Below, piece by piece: positions 27,126-35,847 of a stretch of DNA of 59,830 nucleotides. Under the pieces are notes generated by a model that did not search any database, had not been told where the DNA came from, and was given only the letters and a program-made list of their open reading frames with translations. Within the stretch, counting starts at the first letter, position 1. Each line of letters begins with the position of its first letter. The DNA is from a bacterium (GTDB lineage Bacteria; Patescibacteriota; Minisyncoccia; JAHIHE01; JAGLIN01), in contig DAOWDU010000053.1 of the NCBI GenBank assembly GCA_030638825.1, positions 1 through 59,830 on the forward strand. Reading direction: 5' to 3'. A program made the position numbers and the translations under genes.

Positions 27126-28019
27126 TTATTTAGAAAACATATATTGCGATGTTTTTTCTAAGTGCCATATCTCTTTCCATCCTAAATCTCCCATCCCCGC
27201 ATCTAAATATTTTGCCTTAAATTCAATAGCTCTTTCTATTTGTTGATATATAATATAGCTTCCGAGATTAAATGTATCATTTTTATTAGATCCAGTATTT
27301 ATATAATTATAGACATTATTATATTTTATAGAAAAAGAAACAGCTTCTTTTTTACCATTAATAATATAAGAAAGTAAGTGGATATCAAAATTTAATTCCA
27401 GCAAGTCATGAAACATTTCACTGCGAAATGGTTTATTAAATGATGATTTTTCTCCAAAAGATTTTTTGTTTAATTCAACTAATAAGTCCATATCGCTATA
27501 ATTATTTATGATTATTTTTGGATTTAATTGTTTAATGATCTCTACCTTTTTTTGTAATTTTTTTCTTGATCTCGCTTTAAAATTTTTAATTAGGTAATCT
27601 TCCGCATTATTAGCAACAGAAAGATTTGCAACATATTTATATTTATATACATCAAGAGATTTCGTAAATTGATCTTCGCCAATAATTTTCGCAAGTTTCA
27701 CAGAAAATGTAATTGCATCATAAAATTGTTCAATACAATCTTCGTATCCTGGCTTTATAAAAACACGATTGTCTCTCATAAAACCACCGCCAAAAAATTC
27801 TAAGTATTTTTCATCTTCATTAAACTGAAGAGGAAGTAACCCAATAACTTCTTCTTGATCTAATCCCACATAAAAATATAACGGATAGTTAAAATATTTA
27901 TAAAAACAATAGCGATAATTCCAATCATCGCAAATTACATTATTGGGACTTAATTTATCCCAAACTTTTTTTGCTTCCTCTATATTATTTACAAGCTTTA
28001 TGCTTATTCTTTTTTCCAT
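27126..28019 (-). CDS. GNAT-fold Acetyltransf_6 (CelD/BioF2/FemAB-like) protein, paralog 1
   Basis: Length ~297 aa. LEFFGGGFMRDNRVFI; C-terminal GKKEAVSFSIKYN...LDAGMGDLGWKEIWH matches the Fem/CelD-like pattern (..G.piA......Dfg.G...YK..w). Confidence 0.65.
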   Translation of the reverse strand: MEKRISIKLVNNIEEAKKVWDKLSPNNVICDDWNYRYCFYKYFNYPLYFYVGLDQEEVIGLLPLQFNEDEKYLEFFGGGFMRDNRVFIKPGYEDCIEQFYDAITFSVKLAKIIGEDQFTKSLDVYKYKYVANLSVANNAEDYLIKNFKARSRKKLQKKVEIIKQLNPKIIINNYSDMDLLVELNKKSFGEKSSFNKPFRSEMFHDLLELNFDIHLLSYIINGKKEAVSFSIKYNNVYNYINTGSNKNDTFNLGSYIIYQQIERAIEFKAKYLDAGMGDLGWKEIWHLEKTSQYMFSK

Positions 28020-28026
28020 AAAAATT

Positions 28027-28923
28027 TTATTTATAAATAAAATCGTATTGTGGTATTTTTTTAAGATGCCATCTTTCTTTCCAGCCCAAAGCTTCTAGTC
28101 CTGCATCAAATATTTTTGATTTAATTTTAACCGCTTTATCAATATTTTTATAAATATTGTAAGTTCCTAAATTGGAAATGGCTTCTTTATTAGTTCCCGC
28201 ATTTATGTAGACATAGATATCATTATATTTTATAGAAAAAGAAACAGCTTCTTTTTTACCATTGATAATATAAGAAAATAGATGAATATTAAAATTTAAT
28301 TTAAGCAAATCATGAAATGTTTCTGTACGATACGGTTTATTGAATGATGATTTTTCTCCAAATGTTTTTTTATTTAGTTCAAACATTAAATCTAAATCCT
28401 CATAATTATTTTCAATTATCATAGGATCTAACGATTCAATTGATTTTATTTTTTTATGCAACCCGTACCTAGTTTTCGCTTTAAAATTTTGAAATAAATA
28501 ATCATCAACATCTTTTATTATAGATAGGTCTGCTATATATTTTTGTACAGAAACATTAAAACTTTTTGTAAATTGATCTTGACCAAAAATATGAATAATC
28601 CTTACAGGTATTGTAATCGCATTATAAAATTGTTTAATACAATCTTTATATTCTGGTTTTATAAATACACGATTGTCTTTCATAAAACCACCACCAAAAA
28701 ACTCTAAGTATTTTTCATCTTCGTTATATTGAAGAGGAAGCAATCCAACAATTTCTCCCTTGCTTAGTCCCACATAAAAATATAGAGGATAGTCGAAATA
28801 TTTATAGAAACAATAGCGATAATTCCAGTCATCGCAAAGAAAATTGTTTGGACTTAATTTATTCCAAATTTTTTTTGCTTTTTCTATATCATTTACAATT
28901 TCTATGTTTATTTTTTTTTCCAT
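28027..28923 (-). CDS. GNAT-fold Acetyltransf_6 (CelD/BioF2/FemAB-like) protein, paralog 2
   Basis: Collinear with 27126-28019. Shared blocks: DDWNYRYCFYKYF, EDEKYLEFFGGGFM, SYIINGKKEAVSFSIKYN. Confidence 0.65.
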   Translation of the reverse strand: MEKKINIEIVNDIEKAKKIWNKLSPNNFLCDDWNYRYCFYKYFDYPLYFYVGLSKGEIVGLLPLQYNEDEKYLEFFGGGFMKDNRVFIKPEYKDCIKQFYNAITIPVRIIHIFGQDQFTKSFNVSVQKYIADLSIIKDVDDYLFQNFKAKTRYGLHKKIKSIESLDPMIIENNYEDLDLMFELNKKTFGEKSSFNKPYRTETFHDLLKLNFNIHLFSYIINGKKEAVSFSIKYNDIYVYINAGTNKEAISNLGTYNIYKNIDKAVKIKSKIFDAGLEALGWKERWHLKKIPQYDFIYK

Positions 28924-28958
28924 AAAAATTTTATCTTCTTATTCATAAATTAACATCT

Positions 28959-30251
28959 TCATTTAACTTTAATTTTTATTATATCTTTTATTTTTTCTAT
29001 ATCTCTATATAGAATGTTTTTATTATAACTATTCAATACAATTAATAAAACATATATGTGACCATCTCTTGAATATCCACAATCATCTCCATTTTTTTTT
29101 ATTTGATTGTATCTCAAAAAAGATTTCAATTTTTTCAATTTTTCAATGCCCTGAATTGAAACAAGTTTTCCTTCTTTTTCTGGAAATATCTCAAAAACTG
29201 CTGTGTGTGATTTTATTTTTTTGGGGATAATTAATTTCTTCCCCATTTTATTTAAAAAATCATTTTCTTGATGTTTAATACCAAAAGATAATTTTAGCAT
29301 TTCATTTCTGTATCCACCTGGTCTAGTTTGAAGTTCAACAATTTTCCATTTTCCTTTCTTCGTTCTCATAAGTTCTATATGAACCGTGACTGCGCTAGGT
29401 TTTGTTGATTTTATAGATTTTTTTGCTACCACTTGAGCTTTTTTTTCTTCTTTTTCGCCTATATTTGTTGGAGTTAATCTATAATAATTAAAAAAATCAT
29501 CAATGCCTATATCCTTCCCCGTAACAACTCTAACAATTGGCGTAAAATATATTTTTCCTTTTGCATTTATATAAGCATCAATTGAATAAAGATCTCCTTC
29601 CATATATTCTTCAGCTAAAATCATTGGCTTGCTTTCAGAATTAACTTTTTTATAAACTTTTTCTATTTTTTTAAAACTATGTTTTAAATTATTTTTCAGC
29701 TCTTCACTATTATCTGATTTAATAACTAACCTGCTTTTTGTAAGATTAAGCGGTTTTGTTATGCAAGGAAATCCAATTTTCTTTGCAATTTCCTTAGCTT
29801 TTTGAGACTCATTAATCAACATAAATTTAGGCGATATTTCAGGATAATATCTTTTAAATCTTTTTCTCATCTCAAACTTGCTATTACAAATTTTAAGAGC
29901 CTTCACTGTCGGCATATTGACACTTGGTAATAATTTTACCAATCTCGCATACAAAGGCATCCACGATTCAAAATAACAAAAAACGACGACGACTTTATTT
30001 CTAATTGGCATTATTACTTTTTTAATTTCTACTATATTTTTTGTATCACATCTTAAAATAAAATCTAGTCTTTTCTCAACGCCTTTTTGCTTGACCTTTT
30101 TATTTAAATCGAGATTATGAGATGTTAAAAGAGCAGTTCTAAATTTTCTCTTTTGAGATCTTTCAAAGTCTTCTACATCATCAATATTAATATTAAAAAC
30201 ATCCCCAACAAATAATATAATGTTTCTTTCTGTTTTCTTTACTTTTTTCAT
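28959..30251 (-). CDS. ATP-grasp domain ligase, paralog 1
   Basis: ITKPLNLTKSRLV, LAEEYMEGDLYSIDAY, VHIELMRTKKGKWKIVELQTRPGG. Confidence 0.75.
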   Translation of the reverse strand: MKKVKKTERNIILFVGDVFNINIDDVEDFERSQKRKFRTALLTSHNLDLNKKVKQKGVEKRLDFILRCDTKNIVEIKKVIMPIRNKVVVVFCYFESWMPLYARLVKLLPSVNMPTVKALKICNSKFEMRKRFKRYYPEISPKFMLINESQKAKEIAKKIGFPCITKPLNLTKSRLVIKSDNSEELKNNLKHSFKKIEKVYKKVNSESKPMILAEEYMEGDLYSIDAYINAKGKIYFTPIVRVVTGKDIGIDDFFNYYRLTPTNIGEKEEKKAQVVAKKSIKSTKPSAVTVHIELMRTKKGKWKIVELQTRPGGYRNEMLKLSFGIKHQENDFLNKMGKKLIIPKKIKSHTAVFEIFPEKEGKLVSIQGIEKLKKLKSFLRYNQIKKNGDDCGYSRDGHIYVLLIVLNSYNKNILYRDIEKIKDIIKIKVK

Positions 30252-30320
30252 TTTTTTAAATTTATTTTATAAAATTTTACTTAACGATAATCCTCACCCG
30301 CCTCTTCATTTTCTTGTCAA

Positions 30321-30360
30321 GTTGTTAAATAATTAACAATTCTGTTAATTAACTAACAAC
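30321..30360. repeat. Imperfect inverted repeat in the only sizeable gap of the ligase cluster
   Basis: gttgttaaataattaac (30321-30337) and gttaattaactaacaac (30344-30360), directly after the stop of 30362-31645. Confidence 0.6.
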
Positions 30361-30361
30361 T

Positions 30362-31645
30362 TTATTTAACAACAATCCTAACAATCTCCCCTATTCTCTC
30401 CAAATCCCCTTCAAAAACTTTTCTATTTTTACCATTCAAAACCACCTGCAAAACATAAATATATCCATCCCGAGAAAACCCGCACATTTCACCAATTTTC
30501 TTCGCCTGCTCATATCTCACAAACGATTTTAATTTCCTCATTTTTTCAATGCCTTTAACAGAGACTAATTTACCTTCCCGCTCTGGGAAAATTTCAAATA
30601 CTGCTGTGTAAGATTTTACTTTTTTAGGAATAATTGGTTTTTTGTCCATTCTGTTTAGAAAATCATTTTCATAATGTTTGATGCCGTAAGATAATTTTAG
30701 CATTTCATTTCTATAGCCGCCAGGTCTTGTTTGGAGTTCTATAATTTTCCAAACGCCAGTTTTAGTTTTCGTCAATTCTATATGCAAAGTAATTGAAGTC
30801 GGACCAGTCGCTTTAACCGCTTTTCTAGCGACTATCTGCGCTTTTTTTTCTTCGTTGGAATTTAGATTAGCTGGCGTTAATCTGTAGTAATTAAAAAAAT
30901 CATCAATCCCAATATCTTTTCCCGTCACAACTCTAACGATCGGCGTGAAATAAATCTTGCTTTTAGAATTGACATAAGCGTCAATGGAATATAAATCGCC
31001 TTCCAAATATTCTTCCGCCAAAACCAACGGCTCGCTTTCGGAATGAACTTTTTTATAAACGCTTTGGATTTTGCTAAAAGTACTTTTTAAATTGCTTTTC
31101 AATTCTTCTAAATTATTTGACTTGACAACTAATCTACTTTTTGTTAGATTCAACGGCTTTGTAATACAAAGAAATTTTATTTTCTTTGCTATAATTTCAT
31201 AATCATTTAAATTTTTTACCAGCATGAACTTCGGTGTAATTTCTGGATATAGTTTGATAAACTTTTTCCTCATCTCAAACTTGCTATTGCAAATCTTTAA
31301 TGATTTCACTGTCGGCATATTAACATTTGGCAATAATTTAACCAACCTTGCGTACAAAGGCATCCACGATTCAAAATAGCAAAAGACAATTATAATTTCA
31401 TCTTTAATCGGCTTGATTATTTTCGCGATACTTTTAATATCTTTCGTATCACACCTCAAAACAAAATCAAATCTTTCCTCCATTCCTTTTTGCTTCGGCG
31501 GTTTTTCGTTTAGATTGATTTTAGGAGAAGTTATAATAGCTGTCCTAAATTTTTTATTCTGCGATTTTTCAAAACTCCTGACTTCGTCAAGATTGCTATT
31601 ATATGCGCTTCCCAAAAAAAGAATTATATTTTTGTTTTTTAGCAT
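30362..31645 (-). CDS. ATP-grasp domain ligase, paralog 2
   Basis: Collinear with 28959-30251. Shares an identical 20-residue run, VFCYFESWMPLYARLVKLLP, plus LAEEYLEGDLYSIDAY and IELQTRPGGYRNEMLKLS. Confidence 0.75.
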   Translation of the reverse strand: MLKNKNIILFLGSAYNSNLDEVRSFEKSQNKKFRTAIITSPKINLNEKPPKQKGMEERFDFVLRCDTKDIKSIAKIIKPIKDEIIIVFCYFESWMPLYARLVKLLPNVNMPTVKSLKICNSKFEMRKKFIKLYPEITPKFMLVKNLNDYEIIAKKIKFLCITKPLNLTKSRLVVKSNNLEELKSNLKSTFSKIQSVYKKVHSESEPLVLAEEYLEGDLYSIDAYVNSKSKIYFTPIVRVVTGKDIGIDDFFNYYRLTPANLNSNEEKKAQIVARKAVKATGPTSITLHIELTKTKTGVWKIIELQTRPGGYRNEMLKLSYGIKHYENDFLNRMDKKPIIPKKVKSYTAVFEIFPEREGKLVSVKGIEKMRKLKSFVRYEQAKKIGEMCGFSRDGYIYVLQVVLNGKNRKVFEGDLERIGEIVRIVVK

Positions 31646-31663
31646 ATTATTATTTGATATTTT

Positions 31664-34498
31664 TTACCACTCCCCAAACAACTTCCGATAAACTTCCAGA
31701 TCCCCACTTAAATTATATTTTATTTTCTCCTTATCTATTATCCCCAATTCTATGAATAAAGGCAATAAATAAGGATCAATTTTCGCTATAATTAGATAAT
31801 CTTCTAAATTATTATCGCGCATTTTTTTCGCTAAAATCTCGCCCTCTAAATACATTTTATCTTTTGGAAAATACGCTTTGCCTTTTGACAGACTCTCTCT
31901 AAATCCGCGAAAGATTCTTTTGCAGATAAATAACGCTTCTTTCTTTGAAATTTCTTCGGCGTTGTACTCGTCAATATTTTTTGCTTGATATTCTTTTATT
32001 TTTAATTCAGAGATATAATCAAATGCCTGATGAAAATTAAACCCGCTTTTTATTTTGTTCATCGCTAAAATATAATATGGATTTGGCAGTTCTTTTTCCG
32101 CGCCGAAAATGTTGTTGACAAAATCATTGCTAATTATTCTCGCAAAACCCTCTTGATAAAGTTCATAATCCCTGCCAAAAATAACTCCGCCAAATCCTAA
32201 GGCGTTATTATTGCTGTTTGTTTTCAAATGAATAACTTCATGAATAATCTTCCTCGCTAAATCCAAACCGTTTGTTTTCTTTTTTGTAGGAATAACAATT
32301 GTTGGAGAATCATATTTTGTTGAATTAAATTTTACATCAATCTGACTAACATCTTTATCAAGTGCAACGCTCCATTCCGATAATTCCATAATTTTTAAAA
32401 CTTCTTCAAATTTGTTTTTTACTTGCCTAGAACTAAATGTTTTTTCTTTTAAATTGATAAGCTGCTCATCATCCTGTTCCTGATGCTCTAATAATTTCTG
32501 ATAAACCCCTTCCGCTTTTTTTACTAAATCGTTATTTATATCTCCATAAATTTTCTTAGCGTACTCAAAAGATTTCGCCTCGTCTTTTTGTTTTACGGAC
32601 ATTAAAAAATTTATTTTATTCCTGCTTAAAGACGCCGCTTCTTGAATTATCTGTTTTACAAAATCATTATTTTCAAATTTTACGCTCTCGCAAATATTAT
32701 CTATGCTTTTCAAGGCCGCTTTAAATTGCTCTTCTCTGAATTTTTTTAGAACTGGGTATTTAAACACTGGATTATATTCTCTTTCGTTTTCTTTTTCTAA
32801 AAACAAATTTAGTTCTGCGAAAGAACTTCTTTTTTCAGATCCGGAGGGAACAATGAAAGAAAAGACATCGTTAAATTCCCCAGCCACTTTTTCTATTTCT
32901 TCCGCATAAAATATAACTTTTTCTTTAGCAAATGAATTTTCTTCCTGTTTATTTTTTTCCGCTTTTAAAATTGCTTTTATAGTTTCTTTAATTTCTCTTT
33001 TTTTATTATCATTTCCTAATGATTGAACTAAACGAGATTGAACCTTGCTCGGATCCACCAAAAACCTCCCCAAATCTTTCCGTCCGATGATCACTGGAAA
33101 TTCCAAATTACTTCTGTCCGTCACAGACATTTTTGAAATTACTGAAACGCCAGATAATATTATTTTCATTTTAATCAGCAAACGATAAGAAACTCCGTGG
33201 CTGGATTTGATAACAACTGTGTCAAAATCATCTCCCCATTTTTCTAATCTATCTTTTATTTTTTCATCCAAACTTTCTTTCGTAGAATTATTTTCTATTT
33301 CTAATTTTTTAACAACTTCCTGGAATTCATCTATCACCTCTTCGTAGCCCAATTTTCTCGCCAGCTCCTCATCAATTGATGATCTATCTGCTCCCGTATC
33401 TATTTTAGCTTTTAACTCTATTTCTTCTGCTTTCATTTTTTCACTGTTTTTATCATCTACATCTTTATTTTCTTTATTCATAATTCCTAATTCATAATTC
33501 ATAATTCCTATCGTCTCAATAATCCCCAAAATTTGCTTCCCAGAAATATCTTCAATTTCTTCTTCAATTTCTCCGCCAAATAAATCCTGCGCGATTCTAA
33601 TCCCGTGCGTTTCATTTTTTACTTTTAAGCCGCTTACTTTTTTTAATCTATATTTCAGCGGCGCCAGATTAGCAATCTGGATGGAAAGTCCAGCATGCGC
33701 GTTTATTTCCAAAACGACTGGTCCCCGCTCACTGTCAATCGCAATATCAACGCCGATATATCCTAACTTAGAAACCTCTTGGCACTTAATCGCAATTTCC
33801 AAAATTTCTCGCCAGTAGGGAATTTTAATTCCTTTCAAAGTTAATTTTGTATCGGGATGTTTTTCAATCAAAAAATCTCTCATCACGGCATTAGTCGTCA
33901 CGCCTGTGGCAATATCCACGCCCAATCCTATTCCACCCATATGCAAATTCGCTTTTCCGCCAGATTCTTTTGTCGGCAAACGAAGCATCGCCATCACAGG
34001 AACTTTATTATAGACAATTACTCTGATATCAGGAATTCCTTTGTAAGAATATGGCTTGAGAATTTTTAAAAGTTTAATTCTCTCTTCAAAAAAAGCGATA
34101 TCGGAAGCTCCTGAAAAAGAATAGAATCCTTCAAAAATATCCATAATATGATTTCGCAAATCCTTGATCGTCATTTTTCCGCCTTCTGTTGAAACCCAGC
34201 TTTGATCTTTTTTCTGTCCAAAAATTACTTTGATCCCTTTCCCGCCGCTTCCGCAATTCGGCTTCAAAACAAAACTTTTCGGCAAGTCGTCCCATTTAAA
34301 AACTTCCAGCTCTTTTCTGTTTCTAATAACGCCATAGATTTTAGGAACTGGAATTCCAGCCTTAAAAAGCGCTTCCTTGCTCCGCAGTTTATTATTCGCA
34401 AGATGAATCGCGCCCTGAAGATTATTTGGTCTGATATAAGAAAGGTTTCTCGCGTTCATCCCGAGGAGACCTTTGCTGTTTTTGAGGAAAGTAAACAT
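31664..34498 (-). CDS. Triple-domain fusion: RimK-related alpha-L-glutamate-ligase-like ATP-grasp + DUF785 retropepsin-like domain + DUF1704/MATCAP-like metallopeptidase
   Basis: aa 1-~310: LLGMNARNLSYIRPNN, VLKPNCGSGGKGI, GIPDIRVIVYNKVPVMAMLRLPT..SGGKANLHMGGIGLGVD, GVDIAIDSERGPVVLEINAHAGL. aa ~355-490: AKIDTGADRSSI...SVTDRSNLEFPVIIGRKDLGRFLVDPS. aa ~520-944: IIHEVIHLKTN, YQEGFARI, YFPKDKMYLEGEI. Confidence 0.85.
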   Translation of the reverse strand: MFTFLKNSKGLLGMNARNLSYIRPNNLQGAIHLANNKLRSKEALFKAGIPVPKIYGVIRNRKELEVFKWDDLPKSFVLKPNCGSGGKGIKVIFGQKKDQSWVSTEGGKMTIKDLRNHIMDIFEGFYSFSGASDIAFFEERIKLLKILKPYSYKGIPDIRVIVYNKVPVMAMLRLPTKESGGKANLHMGGIGLGVDIATGVTTNAVMRDFLIEKHPDTKLTLKGIKIPYWREILEIAIKCQEVSKLGYIGVDIAIDSERGPVVLEINAHAGLSIQIANLAPLKYRLKKVSGLKVKNETHGIRIAQDLFGGEIEEEIEDISGKQILGIIETIGIMNYELGIMNKENKDVDDKNSEKMKAEEIELKAKIDTGADRSSIDEELARKLGYEEVIDEFQEVVKKLEIENNSTKESLDEKIKDRLEKWGDDFDTVVIKSSHGVSYRLLIKMKIILSGVSVISKMSVTDRSNLEFPVIIGRKDLGRFLVDPSKVQSRLVQSLGNDNKKREIKETIKAILKAEKNKQEENSFAKEKVIFYAEEIEKVAGEFNDVFSFIVPSGSEKRSSFAELNLFLEKENEREYNPVFKYPVLKKFREEQFKAALKSIDNICESVKFENNDFVKQIIQEAASLSRNKINFLMSVKQKDEAKSFEYAKKIYGDINNDLVKKAEGVYQKLLEHQEQDDEQLINLKEKTFSSRQVKNKFEEVLKIMELSEWSVALDKDVSQIDVKFNSTKYDSPTIVIPTKKKTNGLDLARKIIHEVIHLKTNSNNNALGFGGVIFGRDYELYQEGFARIISNDFVNNIFGAEKELPNPYYILAMNKIKSGFNFHQAFDYISELKIKEYQAKNIDEYNAEEISKKEALFICKRIFRGFRESLSKGKAYFPKDKMYLEGEILAKKMRDNNLEDYLIIAKIDPYLLPLFIELGIIDKEKIKYNLSGDLEVYRKLFGEW
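33481..33508. repeat. Heptanucleotide tandem array, 4 x TAATTC[CA] (28 nt), in the inter-domain linker of the fusion gene
   Basis: taattcctaattcataattcataattcc; translated as IGIMNYELGIMN on the minus strand. Confidence 0.95.
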
Positions 34499-34519
34499 AA
34501 TTAAATTGGATTAAGAAAT

Positions 34520-35167
34520 TTATTTATCAACATTCTTCATAACCTCCCTAAACCTCAAATACTCGCTCAAACGAATTCCAGTCCAGCGGCCTAAGAAGAT
34601 ATTGATAACAAATAATAACAAAATATATTCTGGATGATCAAGAACTAAATTTTTGAAAACATCCCAGATGATAAAATAATAGCAGGCAATGGAAATAACA
34701 AGCGTTTCAATAGAAAGAACTGCTGCTGTTCTAAATCCTTTTTCAACTTGAGTGGAAATAAATTTTTCTATTAAAGTTATCAAAATTAAAATCGGCAAAA
34801 TAGAAGTTGCCGCTAGTCCAGTTTTATTTAAATACCCGCCAACTGCCAGTAGCGCTAAAATCGCTAAACTAATCACCGTCAAAACAATCGCCATTCTCGG
34901 CATATACAATAAGCGAAAATTTCTCAAGATATACCTCACTGCTGTTCCAGTTATAAAAATAACTAAGAAAATAGCTATTCCATATTTAATTCCAATCGCC
35001 CAAAAAGCGAAAGTCAAGACTAATGGCGTATAAATACCAAACGATTTGACTCCAATCAACTGCCGAAACGCCGCAATCAAAGTAGCGACAAAAGGCAACG
35101 CGAGAATTAAATAAATTGTTTCGATACTCACGCCTTGGGAAGCGATGAGTTGGATTATGTTGGACAT
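34520..35167 (-). CDS. 7TM membrane protein of the type usually fused to an inactive transglutaminase (7TM_transglut-like)
   Basis: Seven hydrophobic helices in 215 aa. It sits immediately upstream of, and co-directional with, the RimK-related ligase, as in the known 3-gene cassette. Confidence 0.65.
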   Translation of the reverse strand: MSNIIQLIASQGVSIETIYLILALPFVATLIAAFRQLIGVKSFGIYTPLVLTFAFWAIGIKYGIAIFLVIFITGTAVRYILRNFRLLYMPRMAIVLTVISLAILALLAVGGYLNKTGLAATSILPILILITLIEKFISTQVEKGFRTAAVLSIETLVISIACYYFIIWDVFKNLVLDHPEYILLLFVINIFLGRWTGIRLSEYLRFREVMKNVDK

Positions 35168-35275
35168 AAAAATAAGTTAAAAGTTATAAAGTTTATAAAG
35201 TTAAAAGTTTGTCGGAGCAAGGGCTTTAGCCCGAAAAGTTATTATCGGACTAAAGCCCTTACTCCAAAATAATTA

Positions 35276-35782
35276 CTATTTACTATTTACCTTCTTCTCA
35301 AATTTAATACTACTAGCGCAACATATCGCTACCGCCAACGCATCCGCCGCATCGTCAGGCTTAGGCACTTCATTTAAGCCCAAAATCGCCTTAACCATCT
35401 GCTGAACCTGATTTTTATCCGCGCGTCCATATCCTACCACCGCTTGCTTGACCTGTAAAGGAGTGTACTCATAAATGTCAAGCCCCCGTTTTTTGCCAAT
35501 ATTTTTGCCAATAAATAAAATAACCCCGCGCGCTTGTCCGACGGTAATAATTGTTTTTGCGTTCTTAAAGAAAAACAATTCTTCCACCGCCATCGCCTGG
35601 GGTTTATATTTTTTTATTATTTTTTTCAGCTCCTCTCCCAAAAAATCCAGCCGATCCGACATTTTTAATTTCTTGTCTGTCAAAATACAACCGTAATCTA
35701 CCGCCTTCAATTTGCCTTGCTTATTTTCTATCACGCCATAACCAGTTATCGCTGTTCCTGGATCAATGCCTAAAATAATCAT
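35276..35782 (-). CDS. ruvC: Crossover junction endodeoxyribonuclease RuvC
   Basis: Start set at ATG 35782 (MIILGIDPGTAITGYGVIE). AVEELFF and DAADALAVAICC motifs. Confidence 0.9.
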   Translation of the reverse strand: MIILGIDPGTAITGYGVIENKQGKLKAVDYGCILTDKKLKMSDRLDFLGEELKKIIKKYKPQAMAVEELFFFKNAKTIITVGQARGVILFIGKNIGKKRGLDIYEYTPLQVKQAVVGYGRADKNQVQQMVKAILGLNEVPKPDDAADALAVAICCASSIKFEKKVNSK

Positions 35783-35847
35783 AGAAATTTTTAATCTTAT
35801 TTTTCTAATTCTATATCTATTATGACATAGATTAAATAAATTTGGTA

